DNA of 64,000 nt from an uncultured delta proteobacterium (GTDB lineage: Bacteria; Desulfobacterota; Binatia; DP-6): the NCBI GenBank assembly GCA_963815115.1, contig CAWFFN010000012.1:1-64000 (forward strand), written 5' to 3'. This document shows positions 1-11,866 of the stretch, piece by piece. The stretch's first letter is position 1. Each line of letters begins with the position of its first letter. The position numbers and the translations under genes were made by a program. Under the pieces are notes generated by a model, which did not search any database, had not been told where the DNA came from, and worked only from the letters and a program-made list of their open reading frames with translations.

Positions 1-47
1 CAGCTTCCCAAGCTGGACGTCGCCGGTTCGACCCCGGTCGCCCGCTC
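1..47 (+). tRNA. 3' part of tRNA-Gly(CCC) (anticodon arm, T arm, acceptor 3' strand); the 5' part would lie before the window
   Basis: CAGC-TTCCCAA-GCTG anticodon stem-loop (CCC), GCCGG-TTCGACC-CCGGT T arm, CGCCCGC-T acceptor strand; CCA not encoded. Cannot tell whether the gene is intact because it is cut by the window edge. Confidence 0.85.
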
Positions 48-288
48 TTTTTTCCGCAGTCGCGCCGCGCAGTTGTGATGGTCTCTTCGGGTTGCCGGCG
101 CGGCGTGCGTTTGATCGATGCCGGTTCTGGTGCCGGTGCGCGCCCCACCGCCTGGCGCAACTCTGGTCCCTCGTGGCGCACCCACTGGATGCGCCGCCGT
201 CGTCGACGGGGCGTACCCGGTACGGCTATTTGAGGCGCTTTCAAGCCGCCAATCTACGGGCTCCGTCGCTGCTCGAGGAGTCGCGCCC

Positions 289-1258
289 ATGAGCTCCCCA
301 CTCCGTCAATGGTTGGAGCGGCTGGGACTCGCCCAGTACGGCGATCGATTCGAAGCCGACGATATCGATCTGGACGTCGCGCCGAGCCTGTCGGAGCAGG
401 ATCTCGAGAAGCTCGGCGTCTCGATGGGCCACCGCAAGCGATTGCTCAAGGCGATTGCGGAGCTGCACGGTGCTCCCGCGTCGCCGGTGGCGTCGGACGG
501 GATGGCTGCTGCGCCGACCCCCCCGAAACGCCTCGCCGACAAGATACCTGCACGCGAAGTCGGCCCTCGAAGGCGAGCGCAAGCAGGTCAGCGTCCTCTT
601 CGCCGACGTGAAGGGCTCGATGGAGCTGGCCGAGCAGATGGACCCCGAGGCCTGGAGCGCGATCATGCAGCGCTTCTTTGCGATCCTGGCCGAAGGCGTG
701 GAGCGTTTCGAGGGCTTCGTCGACAAGTTCACCGGTGATGGCATCATGGCGCTCTTCGGTGCACCGATCGCGCACGAGGACCATGCGCAACGGGCGTGCT
801 TCGCCGCACTGTACCTGCGCGACGAGCTGAAGCGCTATGCGCGAAGGCTCGGTCCGGGCCGAGCTAGCCAGGGCATTGCTCGGGCGCGGCGAGCTGGATC
901 GGGCGGAACAGGAAGCTCATACGGCGGTTACGGTCGCGAGGATGCAGCACTGCCGGTACGACGAGGTGCAGGCGAATCTTGCGGTCGCCCATACCCAGAG
1001 CCGCCGCGCCGATGCGGCGGCTCTGGCGCGCACCGAGCAGGCGCTAGTCCGCGCCCAGGAGCTGATCGACGAAACCGGCGCCTGCGCCTGCCAGCCCGAG
1101 GTGCACGAATGCCACGCTCACGTGGCGCGGCTGCGCGGAGACGCACCGACGCACCCGCCGCACGGCACGAGATCGCAGAGGCCCGACGGCTCTACACCGA
1201 GATGGGCTCGACCGCGCAGACGGAACGACTGGCGAAGGAAATGGACGGCTACGCCTAG
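289..1258 (+). pseudogene. SAM domain + class III adenylate cyclase (N-half) fused to the TPR C-terminus of a STAND ATPase; internal deletion plus frameshifts
   Basis: SAM: LRQWLERLGLAQYGDRFEADDID...GVSMGHRKRLLKAI. Cyclase: EGERKQVSVLFADVKGS...KFTGDGIMALFGAPIAHEDHA. At ~843 it jumps to a helical C-terminus (EARRLYTEMG..ERLAKE). The second cyclase half and the P-loop are missing. Confidence 0.8.
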
Positions 1259-1341
1259 CCCGCGCGAGGCAGCAGGAGTACGTACAGCGACCCAACTTCC
1301 TGGGTCGGGAAGAACCCGGCGAAAGAATGAGGACAGAGCTC

Positions 1342-2061
1342 ATGAGCATCGACTTCAGCGTGAAGGGAAAACATGTACTGATCACCGGTGGCACCGGGGG
1401 GATCGGTGCCGCATTTGCGGAGGCGTTCTCGCAAGCCGGGGCGGTGGTTACGATTGTCGATATCGCACCGCCGCGGGCCGACCAGAAGTCGGATGCCAAA
1501 TACGAACAGGTCGACATGTGCGACGACGCGGCGGTCACCGCGCTCGGTGCCCGCACGGATCGAATGGACGTCGTCATCCATTGCGCGGGCCGCGCCGCGC
1601 TCGACCAGGAATACTCCCCGATCGTCTTCAATCAGATCGTCAACCTGCACCTCACCGGCGCACTTCGCCTCGCCAACGCGTTCCGCCAGCACCTCAAGGC
1701 AAGCCGCGGCTGCATCATCCACATCGCCTCGATGACCTCGTATTTCGCGGCCCCCTATGCCCCGGCCTACGGCGCCGCCAAGACCGGAATCATGTCTCTG
1801 ACCCGCACCCTCGCGGTCGAATTCGCCAGTGACGGCATCCGCGTCAACGCGATTGCGCCGGGCTGGATCGACACGCCCCTCACAAAGGTGGTGCAGGAGC
1901 AGATGCCCGAGATGAACCGGAGGATTCTCGAGCGCCTGCCGTCTGGGCGGTGGAACACGCCGGACGAGTTGGCCGGCCTTGCCGTCTTCCTCGCCTCTCC
2001 GGCATCGAACATCCTTACCGGCGTGACCATCGCCGCCGACGGCGGCTACTCGGTCACCTGA
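1342..2061 (+). CDS. Short-chain dehydrogenase/reductase (SDR)
   Basis: TGGTGGIG Rossmann motif, YGAAK catalytic motif, IRVNAIAPGWIDT, DGG C-terminus. Confidence 0.93.
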   Translation: MSIDFSVKGKHVLITGGTGGIGAAFAEAFSQAGAVVTIVDIAPPRADQKSDAKYEQVDMCDDAAVTALGARTDRMDVVIHCAGRAALDQEYSPIVFNQIVNLHLTGALRLANAFRQHLKASRGCIIHIASMTSYFAAPYAPAYGAAKTGIMSLTRTLAVEFASDGIRVNAIAPGWIDTPLTKVVQEQMPEMNRRILERLPSGRWNTPDELAGLAVFLASPASNILTGVTIAADGGYSVT

Positions 2062-2197
2062 CCCAGGCCGGCTTCGGTGCGCCGTGTAGCTCGCGCTGGA
2101 GGCGTGTCCGGGGATCGCTGCGAGCTCGAACTCTCGGTTGACTCTCGCCGCTGACGGGCCTTTCTTCGGACACGGGCCGGAATGGAGAGGGGCGACC

Positions 2198-3124
2198 ATG
2201 ATCTTTTCGACGCACGAGCATTTCGACAATGCGGCCATCGCGAACGAGCACATCGACGTGCGCCCGATCGCCGCCGCGATGGGGGCGGAGATTGCGGGCG
2301 TCGATTGCGCGAACGTCAGCGACGCCGCGTTTGCCGAGATCGAAGCGGCGCTGTTCCGCCACAAGATGATCTATTTTCGCGGCCAGCAGCGGATGACGCA
2401 TGGTGACCAGTCCGCCTTCAGTCGCCGCTTCGGCCCCTTTGCCGAGGATGCCTATACCCAGGGCGTGCCAGGATTTCCCGAGGTGCAGCCGCTGATCAAG
2501 GAGGCGGACGAGCGCACCGGCCTTCTGTTCGGGTCGGGCTGGCATACCGATTCCGCCTTCCTCCCCGAGCCGCCCGCGATCAGCCTGCTGCGTGCGATCG
2601 AAATACCACCCTTCGGCGGCGATACGATCTGGGCGAACAGCGCGCTGGCGTATCGGGCGTTGAGCCCGACGATGCAGGGTCTGTTGAAGGGCCTCAAGGT
2701 GCACATGTCGATGGGCAACGTACTCGAGTCCGCGCGTGCCTATGCGGCGCCCGTCGACAATCCCATCGGAAGGCTCGCGCAGTCCAAGGGAATGGCCGCG
2801 CTTCCCGACGATCTCGCGCGCAAGGTGCAGGGCAGCTTCCACCCGCTCGTGCGCACCCACCCGCGCACCGGCGAACTGGCGCTCTATTGCGACCAGACCT
2901 ATGCCGCCGGCATCGAGGGGCTGGAGCCGGAAGAGTCCTCGCCGATCCTCGAGTTCCTGAGCGAGCACATCACCCAGCCCGCGTTCACCTGCCGCCTGCG
3001 CTGGGAAGTCGGGATGTTCGTCATGTGGGACAACCGGTTGTGCCTCCATCAAGCGTTCAACGACTACGACGGCCATCGGCGCGAGCTGTATCGCTCGACG
3101 GTCGCTGGCGAGCGTCCGGTGTGA
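2198..3124 (+). CDS. TauD/TfdA family 2-oxoglutarate-dependent dioxygenase
   Basis: GAEIAGVD, WHTD (HxD), GGDTIWAN, HPLVRTHPRTG, WDNRLCLH motifs. Confidence 0.93.
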   Translation: MIFSTHEHFDNAAIANEHIDVRPIAAAMGAEIAGVDCANVSDAAFAEIEAALFRHKMIYFRGQQRMTHGDQSAFSRRFGPFAEDAYTQGVPGFPEVQPLIKEADERTGLLFGSGWHTDSAFLPEPPAISLLRAIEIPPFGGDTIWANSALAYRALSPTMQGLLKGLKVHMSMGNVLESARAYAAPVDNPIGRLAQSKGMAALPDDLARKVQGSFHPLVRTHPRTGELALYCDQTYAAGIEGLEPEESSPILEFLSEHITQPAFTCRLRWEVGMFVMWDNRLCLHQAFNDYDGHRRELYRSTVAGERPV

Positions 3125-3168
3125 GGGTCGCACCAGCGTCGTGACGATTCGCCCCCGCCGGGTTGACG

Positions 3169-6100
3169 TCAGCGCGTCGCGCGCGACTCTTCGAAGCGCG
3201 CCCTCGCGGCGTCGAGGTCGTCGAGCTCGAAGAGCTCCACGCCGGCGAGATCGTCGCGTCCGTACACCATGATCATTGCGTAGACGGAGTCGAAGTCGCC
3301 GCCCTGCGCGAGGGTGCCGAAGCTGCGCGCGATCGAGAGCGTCGCGTGCGGCTCATCGGCGAGGAAGTAGAGCGGCCGGCCGACCATCGCGTCTGGTGAG
3401 AGCTCGAAGAGCGCCACCACCGAGGCGAGGTATGCGTCCGCGCCTTCGAGGCACCCGAGACCGGTGCGCCGATGGTCGCGGAAGAAGAAGTCGTCGGTGA
3501 AGGACGCCCGGAGCCGAGCGAGATCGCGCCCGGCTTCGCGACGCTCCGCGAACTTCCGGACGGTCACTGGCCGGGTGCGGCGGAGGTGGAGTTCCGCGAG
3601 CTCGCCGGATGCGGCGGCACGGTCGTCGGGGTCGAAGCAGATCCACACGACGGCGAGGCCATCGGCAGTCACCTCCGTCAGCGTCAGCAGGTCGATCGCG
3701 AAATCGGCGCCGGACTCCGCTCGGCGCCAGCACCATCGCTCGAGCGCCAGCCGATCGCCAGCGGTGGCGAGGAGCGTGCGCTCGGGGCGCATGCCGTGCG
3801 GCTCCCAGCAGAGCCGCCCGTTCGCAATCGCGAGCTCGCGGTCACCCATCAGGCGAAAGAGGCGACGGCGATCGACGAACGAGAGCGTCGGTCCATAGAG
3901 GGCGGTGAGGCCGTCCCAGTCGCGCGCCTCACCGCACGTCTGCCAGCGGTCGTTCCACCGCGTCGCCGCGTTCGGCGGGATGCGCAGCGGATCGGGACGG
4001 AGCTCCGCCAGGCGTGCCTTCGCCTCGTCGAGGTCTTCGATCTCGAACAGCTCGAGGCGCGTGATGCGGCCGTCGCGGTGCTGAGCCAGAGGTGCTCACT
4101 TTCGAAGGCGCCTCCGTCGGCGAGGGCGCCGGAGCGTCGAAGCAAGGTGATCACGCCATGGCGCTCGACCGCCGGCCAGAACCAGCCGAGCTCCATGCGC
4201 TGGTCCGGCGCGAGATCCCACAGGACCTCGAGGCTCGGGAGGTAGGCGTCGGCGCCCTCGATCCGGCCGAAGCCGGTCCGGCGGTGATCGTCGACGACGA
4301 CGTCGTTCGCGAAGAGCGTCCTCAGGCGTTTCCCGTCCTGCGCGTCGAAGCCGTCGATGGCGGTCCCGATGATCGCCACCCATGGCGCCGCGGCGGGATC
4401 GATCGCGGCCCATCGCGCCCACGCCTCGCGCTGCGCGGCGCGGGCATCGTCGAGGTCGAAGAAGATCATGGCAGTGAACGACCCTGTCTCGTCGATCTCG
4501 ACCACCACGAGGTATTCGACCTCCCAGCGCCCATCGGGTGGACCACCGGACCAGAGCACGCGCGAGACGACGACGCGATCCCCCGCGGTTCCCACGAGCC
4601 GGGATACAGGTCGGCCGCCGCTTCGTGCGCGCTCGCGAGCGGACGCGACCATCATCTCCCTGTCGCCCGAGAGGAGTGCCCGGCGGCGCCGGTCGTCGAA
4701 AACCATCCCCGCGGCGCAGAGGCTGCGCATCGCGGTCCAGTCGTCCGTCGCAGAGCCCTCGTCGAACGCCGCCTGCCAGCGGCTCAGTGCTGCGAACGCC
4801 GCGTTGGATTTGGCGATCGTCGCCAGGGGATCCGTTGGGGCGCCGATGGCCTCGAAGCGCGCGCGCGCCTGGTCGAGCTGGTCGACGTCGTAGAGGTCCC
4901 AGCGCACGATTCGGCCCGCCGCGTCGTGCGCCCCAACGCTGACGAAAGGCGACTCGAACGCACCGCCTTCACGCGTGCCCACCAGCGTTACCTGTATGAG
5001 GTGGACGCGGCCCGAAATGCGGAGGTGTTCGAGGCGATAGTTGCAGTCGGGAGCGAGCTCGACCAGCGCTTGTTGCGCGCGCACGAGCGTACCCGCGTCG
5101 CCGAGCGTCGTGCCCCAGCCAAGCAGCCGGTGATCGTGGAGACCGACGTTCGGGGCGAAGCGCGGCGTAGGCATCCCAGTCGCGTCGCGTGATCACGTCG
5201 CCCATGGAGCGAACGGCTTCGGCCGTGGTCCCGTGCGCCGCCGCCTCGCCCGCGGCCCAGCGCGCGTCGAGCTCGGCCCAGGCGACGACGTCGTCGAGGT
5301 CGTATCGATCGTATGCGACGATCTCGCCGCCCTCATCCGTCTCGATCAAGAGAAGCGAGTCGATCGCGCTCGGGCCGACCGCATCCTCGGCCATGTCCAT
5401 GGTGAATCGCTTGAGGGCGAGCCGCTCGCCGCGCGTCGCGAGCAGCTCCGCCGACGCGCGTACCGCCATGTCGAGCGTCGGGCGCGTGAAGTCGAGGAAT
5501 TGCTCGCGATCGAGATCGAGGTGGAACAGGCGTCGGTGGTCTCGATAGCCGAGCGGGCGCGGGTGGAGGGCCGCGAAGCGCTCGGCGTCGCGCCGTGCCC
5601 AGGCGGCCAGGACATCCAGCCACGCTCGCGACGCGGCGTTGGCGAACGGGGGCTCCGGCGCCGCGGACGCCCGGTCGGTGCTCCCGACGAGCGCATCGTA
5701 GCGTGCGAGCGCTTCGTCCTCCTGCTCGGGCTCGAATAGCTCCCAGCGTGCGAGGCCATCGGCGTCGTGGACGCGGAGCGAGCAGACCGGGCGCTCCCAG
5801 GCGCCGCCGCTCGCGCGGGCGCGGCCGCGCTGGGTCGCGCGCAGGACGCTCGCGTGGTCCGAGAGCGCCAGGACGTCGTCGAGACGCAAGCTGACGTCGT
5901 CCGAGGGATCATGGAGCGCGCGCAGCGCCGCGACCACGGCGTCCCGACCGTGCAGCTCTCCGAATCCGACCGTGCGATGGTCGATGGCGACGATTGCCGG
6001 CGCGAAGGTGGTGCCGTGGCGATCGGGATCGGTGGCGTGGCGAATGAACCCTGCGGTCGCGCGCGCCGCGGCGGCCGCGCGGGCTCGCGCCGAACCGTCG

Positions 6101-9100
6101 GGCAGCAGCTCCGCGTGACGCTCGTAGAGGCGGACGAGAGCATCGCCCAGATGGTCGGCCGCGAAGTACTCGCTCCGGACGGTGAAGCCATCCTCGTCGA
6201 CCTCGCTGACGAGGATCTCCTCCCGCTCGAACGCCGCCACGTCGAACTGCCCGCCGCTGGTGCCGTCCACGAACGTCCAGTGGCGCGTGAGGTCGAGTCG
6301 ATCGCCGAGGTGGCCGAGCGGCTCGAAGCGAAGCCTCGGATTCTTCGCGCGCAGCAGCGAGCGCAGCGACTTGAGCAGGCCGTCGCGGCCGTACACGGCG
6401 CCCGTCGGGTGATCCACCCGTTCCCGGAAGCGGGAGAACAGCTCCTCCAATGCGGCCATGTCGCGCGCGGCCAGCGCGGCGTCGAAACGGGCCTGCATGG
6501 CGCCGCGGGCGGCGGTCGGCAGACGACGGCGGGCCGGGCGCGACGCCGGGGGCCCGGTCGTGAGCGCGGCGAAGCGTGCCAGCGCGTCGGCTTCGCGGTC
6601 GGATTCCCACAGCTCGGCCCGCGTCAAGAGTCCGTCGGGTCCGAAGGCGAAGAGCGCGAGGAGCGGATGATCGAAGAAGCCCCCGGTGGTTCGTTCGTTG
6701 CCGAAATAGGTCTGGCGAACGAGCAAGATGTCGGGCGCGAGGGCGAGCACGTCGTCGTGGCGCACGGACCCGGTGGCGAGGTCGAGCTGGCCGCGCCACT
6801 GTTCGAGGAACTCGTTCGCCCCTCGGGCGCTCCAGAGGTGAAGACTTCGATGATCGACGCATTCCATGAGCGGGGCCGTCGTGGCCGCCACGCGGTCCGG
6901 GTCGATCGATCCGTTCCACACCGCGACCGACCGCGCCGTCGCCACGGCCCGCTCTCGATCCGGGCCGTCGGGCAGCAGCTCGGCGTAGCGTTGGTAGAGC
7001 CGTGCGACGGCGTTGCCGAGGCGGTCATCGGCGAAGACCTCGCTGCGCTTCCGCTGCTCGCGGCCGTCCACCTCGAAGACGGCGAAGTAGTCGCCCTCGA
7101 CGGGTCCAACCGAGCCGAACTTCGCGTCGACGCCGTCGTGCGCGTACGAGGTGCGCAGCAGCGCGAGCGAGTCGCCGAGTGCCCCGAGGGACTCCTGCGC
7201 GAACCTGACGTTCCGGCCCCGCCAGAGCCCGCGATGCAGGGCGAGCACCTCGGCCACTCCATACGTCACGCCGGTCGGGTGGTGGATCACTTCCACCGGA
7301 TCGGCGTGGGCGGCGAGCAGGGCCGCCTCGTCGCACGCCTCGATCGCCGCCCAGACGCGCTCGGCGTTGCGCGTAGCGGCATTCGCACGCACGAGGCGGG
7401 CGGATCGCTTCGGCACCTCACCGGCGACCAGCGCATCGAAGCGCGCGAGCGCCTCGGCTTCGTGATCGGCGTCGAACCATTCGATGCGCGCGAGCCGCCC
7501 CTCGTCGTCGGTGGCGAAGAGCGCGAGGAAGAGCCGCTCGTAGACGCCGCCGCCGAGGCGCTCGTTGCCCGAGTGCATCCTCTCGACGAGCTTTGCGTTC
7601 GGCTCCAGCGCGAGGACCGCGTGGTCCCGGAAGACGATCTCGCTGGCGACCTCCCGCAGGGCACGGAAGTGATCGAGGAACGCGGCGGCGCCCCGGAGCG
7701 ACCAGGTTCCGAGCCGCCGATGATCGATCGACTCGAAGTCGGGGGCGAGCACGGCCGCCCAACGATCGAGATCGGTCTACGCCCGGATCTGCGCGCCCAT
7801 CGCGCGCGCCGTCGCCGCCGCGCGCTCGCGCGCCGGGCCCTCGGGCAGGAGCTCGGCGTAGCGCTCGTAGAGGCGGACTATCGCATCGCCGAGGCGGTTG
7901 GACGCGAACACCTCTGCATGCCGGCAGAGACCGACCTCGTTGACCTCAAAGAGCTGGATCCCCTCGTTCTCGTAGGCGCCGACGTCGTAGCGACCGCTGG
8001 CGGCCCCGGCCGCGTGGTAGCGGCGCCGTATCAGAAGAAGGGACTCACCGAGCGTTGCGAGCGGCTCGACCTCGTAGTGCGAATCACGCGATCGGAACAG
8101 GCGCTGGATGGAGGCCATGCACGCGTCGCGCCCGTAGGTCGATCCCGTCGGATGATCGATCTCCTGATGGCTCTCAGCGAAGACGGCCGCTATCGCATCG
8201 ACGTCGCGGGCGGCGACGGCGGCGTCGAAGCGGGCCTGCATCGCGGTCGCCGCGTTCGGACGCACGCGCCGCCGCCGCGCCGGCGGTGCGGCGATGGGCT
8301 CCTCGGCGGGGACGTCGACCGGCGCGACGCGACCGGCATCGCCTCGCGCGCGCTCCACAAGCAGCGTCGCCCCCTTCGCCTCCCAGAGCTCGATCGCGCG
8401 ACGCTCCTCGGCGTCGGCCTCGGCGCCACGTCCGGCCGCGCGCAGCGCCGCCGCGAGCGCCACGCGCGCGTCGGCGTGGTCGAGGAGCGCGTCGGTGGCG
8501 GCGGCGATGGTCACGGCGGCCTGCGCCAGCGCGACGGCGGCGGCGTGATCGCCGCGCTTCGCCAACGCCTCGGCACGAGCCCCGCGCCAGGCGATCGCGG
8601 CCTGGAGATCGTCGCCGGCGAGCGCCTCGCTCTCGCGCGAGCACGCCTCCGCTTCGTCGATCCGCCCTTGTGCGAGCAGGGCGCGCGCGAGCAAGGCTGC
8701 CGCGCGGGCCGCGTCGATCCCGAGCCCGAGGTCGCGCAGCCCCTCGTATGCACCGCGAAGCGAGCGCTCGGCCGCCGCCGCGTCGCCCTCGAGGAGATCG
8801 ATCCGCCCGGCGAACGCGTCGGCCTCGAAGAGCCGGTGCGCGATGCCGAGCTCCTCCACCATCGTGCGCGCCGACCCGATCATGCGCCGGGCCGCGTCGG
8901 TGCGCCCGCGGAGCGCTTCGAGCACGCCCTGGCAGCTCAGCGCCACCGCCTCGACCGCCGGCGCCCCCTGCGTGATGCGCAGGACGCGCACCACGTCGAG
9001 GCAGCGGCCGCTCGCGCGCGTCACCGGGCTCGGTCCCCAGAGCGCCGCCAGCGGTGCACCCGCCAGGACCGCGTTCGCGCGGCGCCGATCGCCCGCGCGA

Positions 9101-11564
9101 CGAGCGGCGGCGAGCGCCAGATCGAGCGCCGCCTCGCAGGCGCCGACCTTCCCGAGGCGCGCGAGCGCCTGCGCATGGACGAAGTGAGCCTTCGCTTCGC
9201 CAGCGGCATCATCGAGCGCCGCCAGATCCCGCGCCGCGCCGCCGACGCGCTCTGCGGTTGCCTGCAGCGCCTCGGGCGCGGTGAGCACGGTGAGCTGGCC
9301 CGCGAAGCACGTGTGCCAGGCGCGCAGCCGGGCGGAGTCGCCGGCGACGCGACAGAGCTCGTCGATGGCGGCGCCGGCCGGTCCTACGTCGCCGGCCGAG
9401 AGCAGCGCCTCGCACCAATCGAGCGCCAGATCGGCCCGCTCGGGAGCGTCCGGTGCGAGCCGATCGATGGCGCGCCCGAGGAGACTCGCCGCGAGCGGGA
9501 CGTCGTCGCGTGCGAGCGCCCTTCGTCCCGCCGCGGCCAGGCGTTGCGACGCCCGTTCGCCGAGGCGACGTCCGCGCGCATCGAGCGTGCCCAGCTCGCG
9601 CAGGTGCTGGTGCGCCTGCTCGAAGTGCCAGCCGATCATTTCGTCGTGCTCGGGCGCGTCGCCGACTTGCGCCTCTATCCAGTCGGCGAGCCGCTCGTGC
9701 AGTTCGGCGCGTGTCCCCTTGAGCAGGCGCCGGTACGCCGCGTCCCGGATCAGGACGTGGTGGAAGCGCAGCGCCGGCTCGCCGAGGAGCCAGCCCGTGT
9801 CGCGCTCGATGAGCTCGCTCCGGCGGAGCGACTCGAGGCGTGCGTCGAGATCGCTGCCGTTGCGCCCCAGAAGCGCAGCGAGCGCGCTCCGCGAGAAATG
9901 ACGACCCACGACCGCCGCGCGCTCGAGCACGGTCCGGTCTTCGGGCCGCAAGCGCTCGATGCGCGCGGCGAGCAGTGCGTGGATGGTGGGCGGCATCTCC
10001 AGCGCGGCCAGCCCGGCGCCGATCGCCCAGCGGTCGCCCTCTTTGGTGAGCGCGCCTTCCTGCACCAGCATGCGCACCAGCTCGCCCACGAAGAGCGGGT
10101 TGCCCTCGCTCGCTGCGAGCACCTTGACCGCGACCGCCGCAGGCAGGTCGGCCGCACCGATCACGTTCGCCGCGAGCCGCATCGCCGCGCCAGCGTCGAG
10201 GCCGCCGAGCGTCACCACGTCGGCGACGAGCCCGCCGGGCGTCGCGAGCGTCGAGCGGAGATCGCGCAGCTCCGGGCGCGCGCCGACCAGCACGAAGAGC
10301 TGCACGCCGCCGCCCCACTGCACCAGGTGCTCCACCAGGTCGAGGAGGAGCGGTTCCGCCCAGTGCAGGTCGTCGATCACCAGGAACACGGGGCGCGCGC
10401 TGGCGAGACCGGAGAGGAACGGACGACGAAGAACGTCTCCTCGGGCGACGTGGGCGACCCGCCGAGCAGCGCCGCCACGCCGCCGGCGACGCGCACCCGC
10501 TCGGCGTCGTCGACGGCGGACGGGAGGGCGGCGGCGATCGCGGCGCGGGCCGGCTCGCCGGTGGCGCCGTCGTCGAGACCGAGGACCGCTCGAATGGCCT
10601 GGGCGAGCGGCGCGAACGTGGCGCCGCCGGCGGCATCGCAGTGCGCCGTGAGGATCGTCGCCGTCTCCGCGTGGCGGCGCGCGAACTCGTCGATCAGGCG
10701 CGATTTGCCGAGCCCGGGCGAGCCCAGCAGCACGGCGAGCCGCGCGGCCGGGGTCGCGACCGCGGCGTCGTACACGGCGCCGAGCCGCCCGGCCTCGTCG
10801 TCGCGCCCGACGAAGGCCGCGGTCATCGCGCTCGCCGGTTTCTCCAGCGACACGACGCGGTACGCGCCGACGGCTTCGTCGCGGCCCTTGAGGATCACGC
10901 TTCCGAGCGGCTCCAGGGTCACCAGGGTGGCGACGAGGCGCCGGGTGGATTCGCCGATCACGACGTCGCCGTCGCGCGCCTGGTCCTGGAGGCGCGCCGC
11001 GACGTTGACCGGGTCGCCGATCAGCTCGGTCTCGCCCTTGGCGACGACTTCGCCGGTGTTGAGCGCGACGCGCAGACCGACCTTGCCGACGAGATTGCTG
11101 TGGCGTTCGGCGACCTCGCGGAACACGCGCTGCATGTCGACGGCGGCGCGCACGGCGCGTATGGCATCGTCCTCGGCAACCAGCGGAAGACCGAAGACCG
11201 CCATCACGCCGTCGCCGAGCAGCTTGGCTACCCGGCCGCCGTGCTGCTCCACGGCGCCGCCCATCGCGCGGTAATAGCCTTCCATGAAGAGGCGGGCCGA
11301 CTCGGCGTCGAGCCTTTCGTGCAGGGCGGTCGAGCCGGCCAGGTCGGCGAAGACAACGGTGACCACCTTGCGCGTCCCGTCGGCGTCCGCGGCGGGTGTG
11401 GGCACCGGCGCCGCGCCGGTCGCGGTGCCGCACTCGTCGCAGAACTTCGCGGAGGCGCGTAGGTGGGCCCCGCAGCTCGCGCAGGGGCGCGGCAGGGGAG
11501 CCGCGCATTCCTCGCAGAACTTCGCGCCGGAGCGGTTCTCGTGCTGGCAGCGGGGGCAGGTCAT
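3169..11564 (-). CDS. Giant (~2,800 aa) double Zn-ribbon / class III adenylate cyclase / STAND AAA ATPase / TPR protein with 12 C-terminal SnoaL(NTF2)-like repeats; broken by 3 frameshifts and one in-frame TAG
   Basis: MTCPRCQHEN..FCEECA..CASCG..FCDECG; VTVVFADLAGST, KLLGDG, GDPVNVAARLQ; Walker A GSPGLGKS; Walker B LVIDDLHWAE; SEGNPLFVGEL; FHHVLIRDAAY; then repeats with DHPTG/DHRR motifs. Frame breaks near 10420, 5165 and 4075; TAG at 7777-7779. Confidence 0.85.
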
Positions 11565-11805
11565 GGCCTGACTCGCAGGACTACACGGAGGGCAGGGGGT
11601 GAGGACAGGCGGAGTGCAGCCGACGGTGGTTGTTGCGGTCGACGAAACGCCCGATCTCCCGCGATCTTGGTGCCGGTAGCGGTGCCGGTTGAGCGGCGAA
11701 AATGGGCGAGTCTCAGTGAACTCAGTAGAAACCGGAAGTCGCCCTAAGCTCCTGGCGCTTCGCCGATTATGCCCAAGGATCATAGTCTTCCGGGCCTTCG
11801 TCGAA

Positions 11806-11861
11806 CAGCTTCCCAAGCTGGACGTCGCCGGTTCGACCCCGGTCGCCCGCTCTTCTTTCCG
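11806..11861 (+). repeat. Second copy of the tRNA-Gly(CCC) 3' part (att-like direct repeat of 1-56)
   Basis: 55/56 nt identical to 1-56. The upstream sequence (..gccttcgtcgaa) is not a tRNA 5' half, so this is a fragment starting in the anticodon stem. Confidence 0.92.
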
Positions 11862-11866
11862 TCGAG

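Larger units (their letters stand above)
57..11805. mobile_element. tRNA-Gly-integrated genomic islet with no integrase inside
   Basis: Flanked by direct repeats of the tRNA 3' end starting at the anticodon arm. Short direct repeats GTGCCGGT x2 (~11670-11689) and CTCAGT x2 (~11712-11726) just inside the right end resemble arm-type sites. Confidence 0.7.

Noticed and set aside
3169-8300. Possible CRISPR, DGR or nucleotide-level tandem repeat in the repeat region
   Set aside because: The repeats are diverged protein-domain repeats. There are no identical short DNA repeats with spacers, no TR/VR pair, and no cas or reverse transcriptase gene in the window.
5767-11274. 1835-aa plus-strand ORF
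   Set aside because: Antisense shadow of the cyclase-STAND-SnoaL gene. It has no motifs, and long shadow ORFs are expected at this GC content.
11580-11680. Possible integrase C-terminal remnant next to the right att-like site
   Set aside because: No recognisable tyrosine-recombinase catalytic motif; too short to support.
11770-11861. Possible complete second tRNA-Gly gene
   Set aside because: No GCGGGCG acceptor 5' strand or D arm upstream of 11806; only the 3' part is present.
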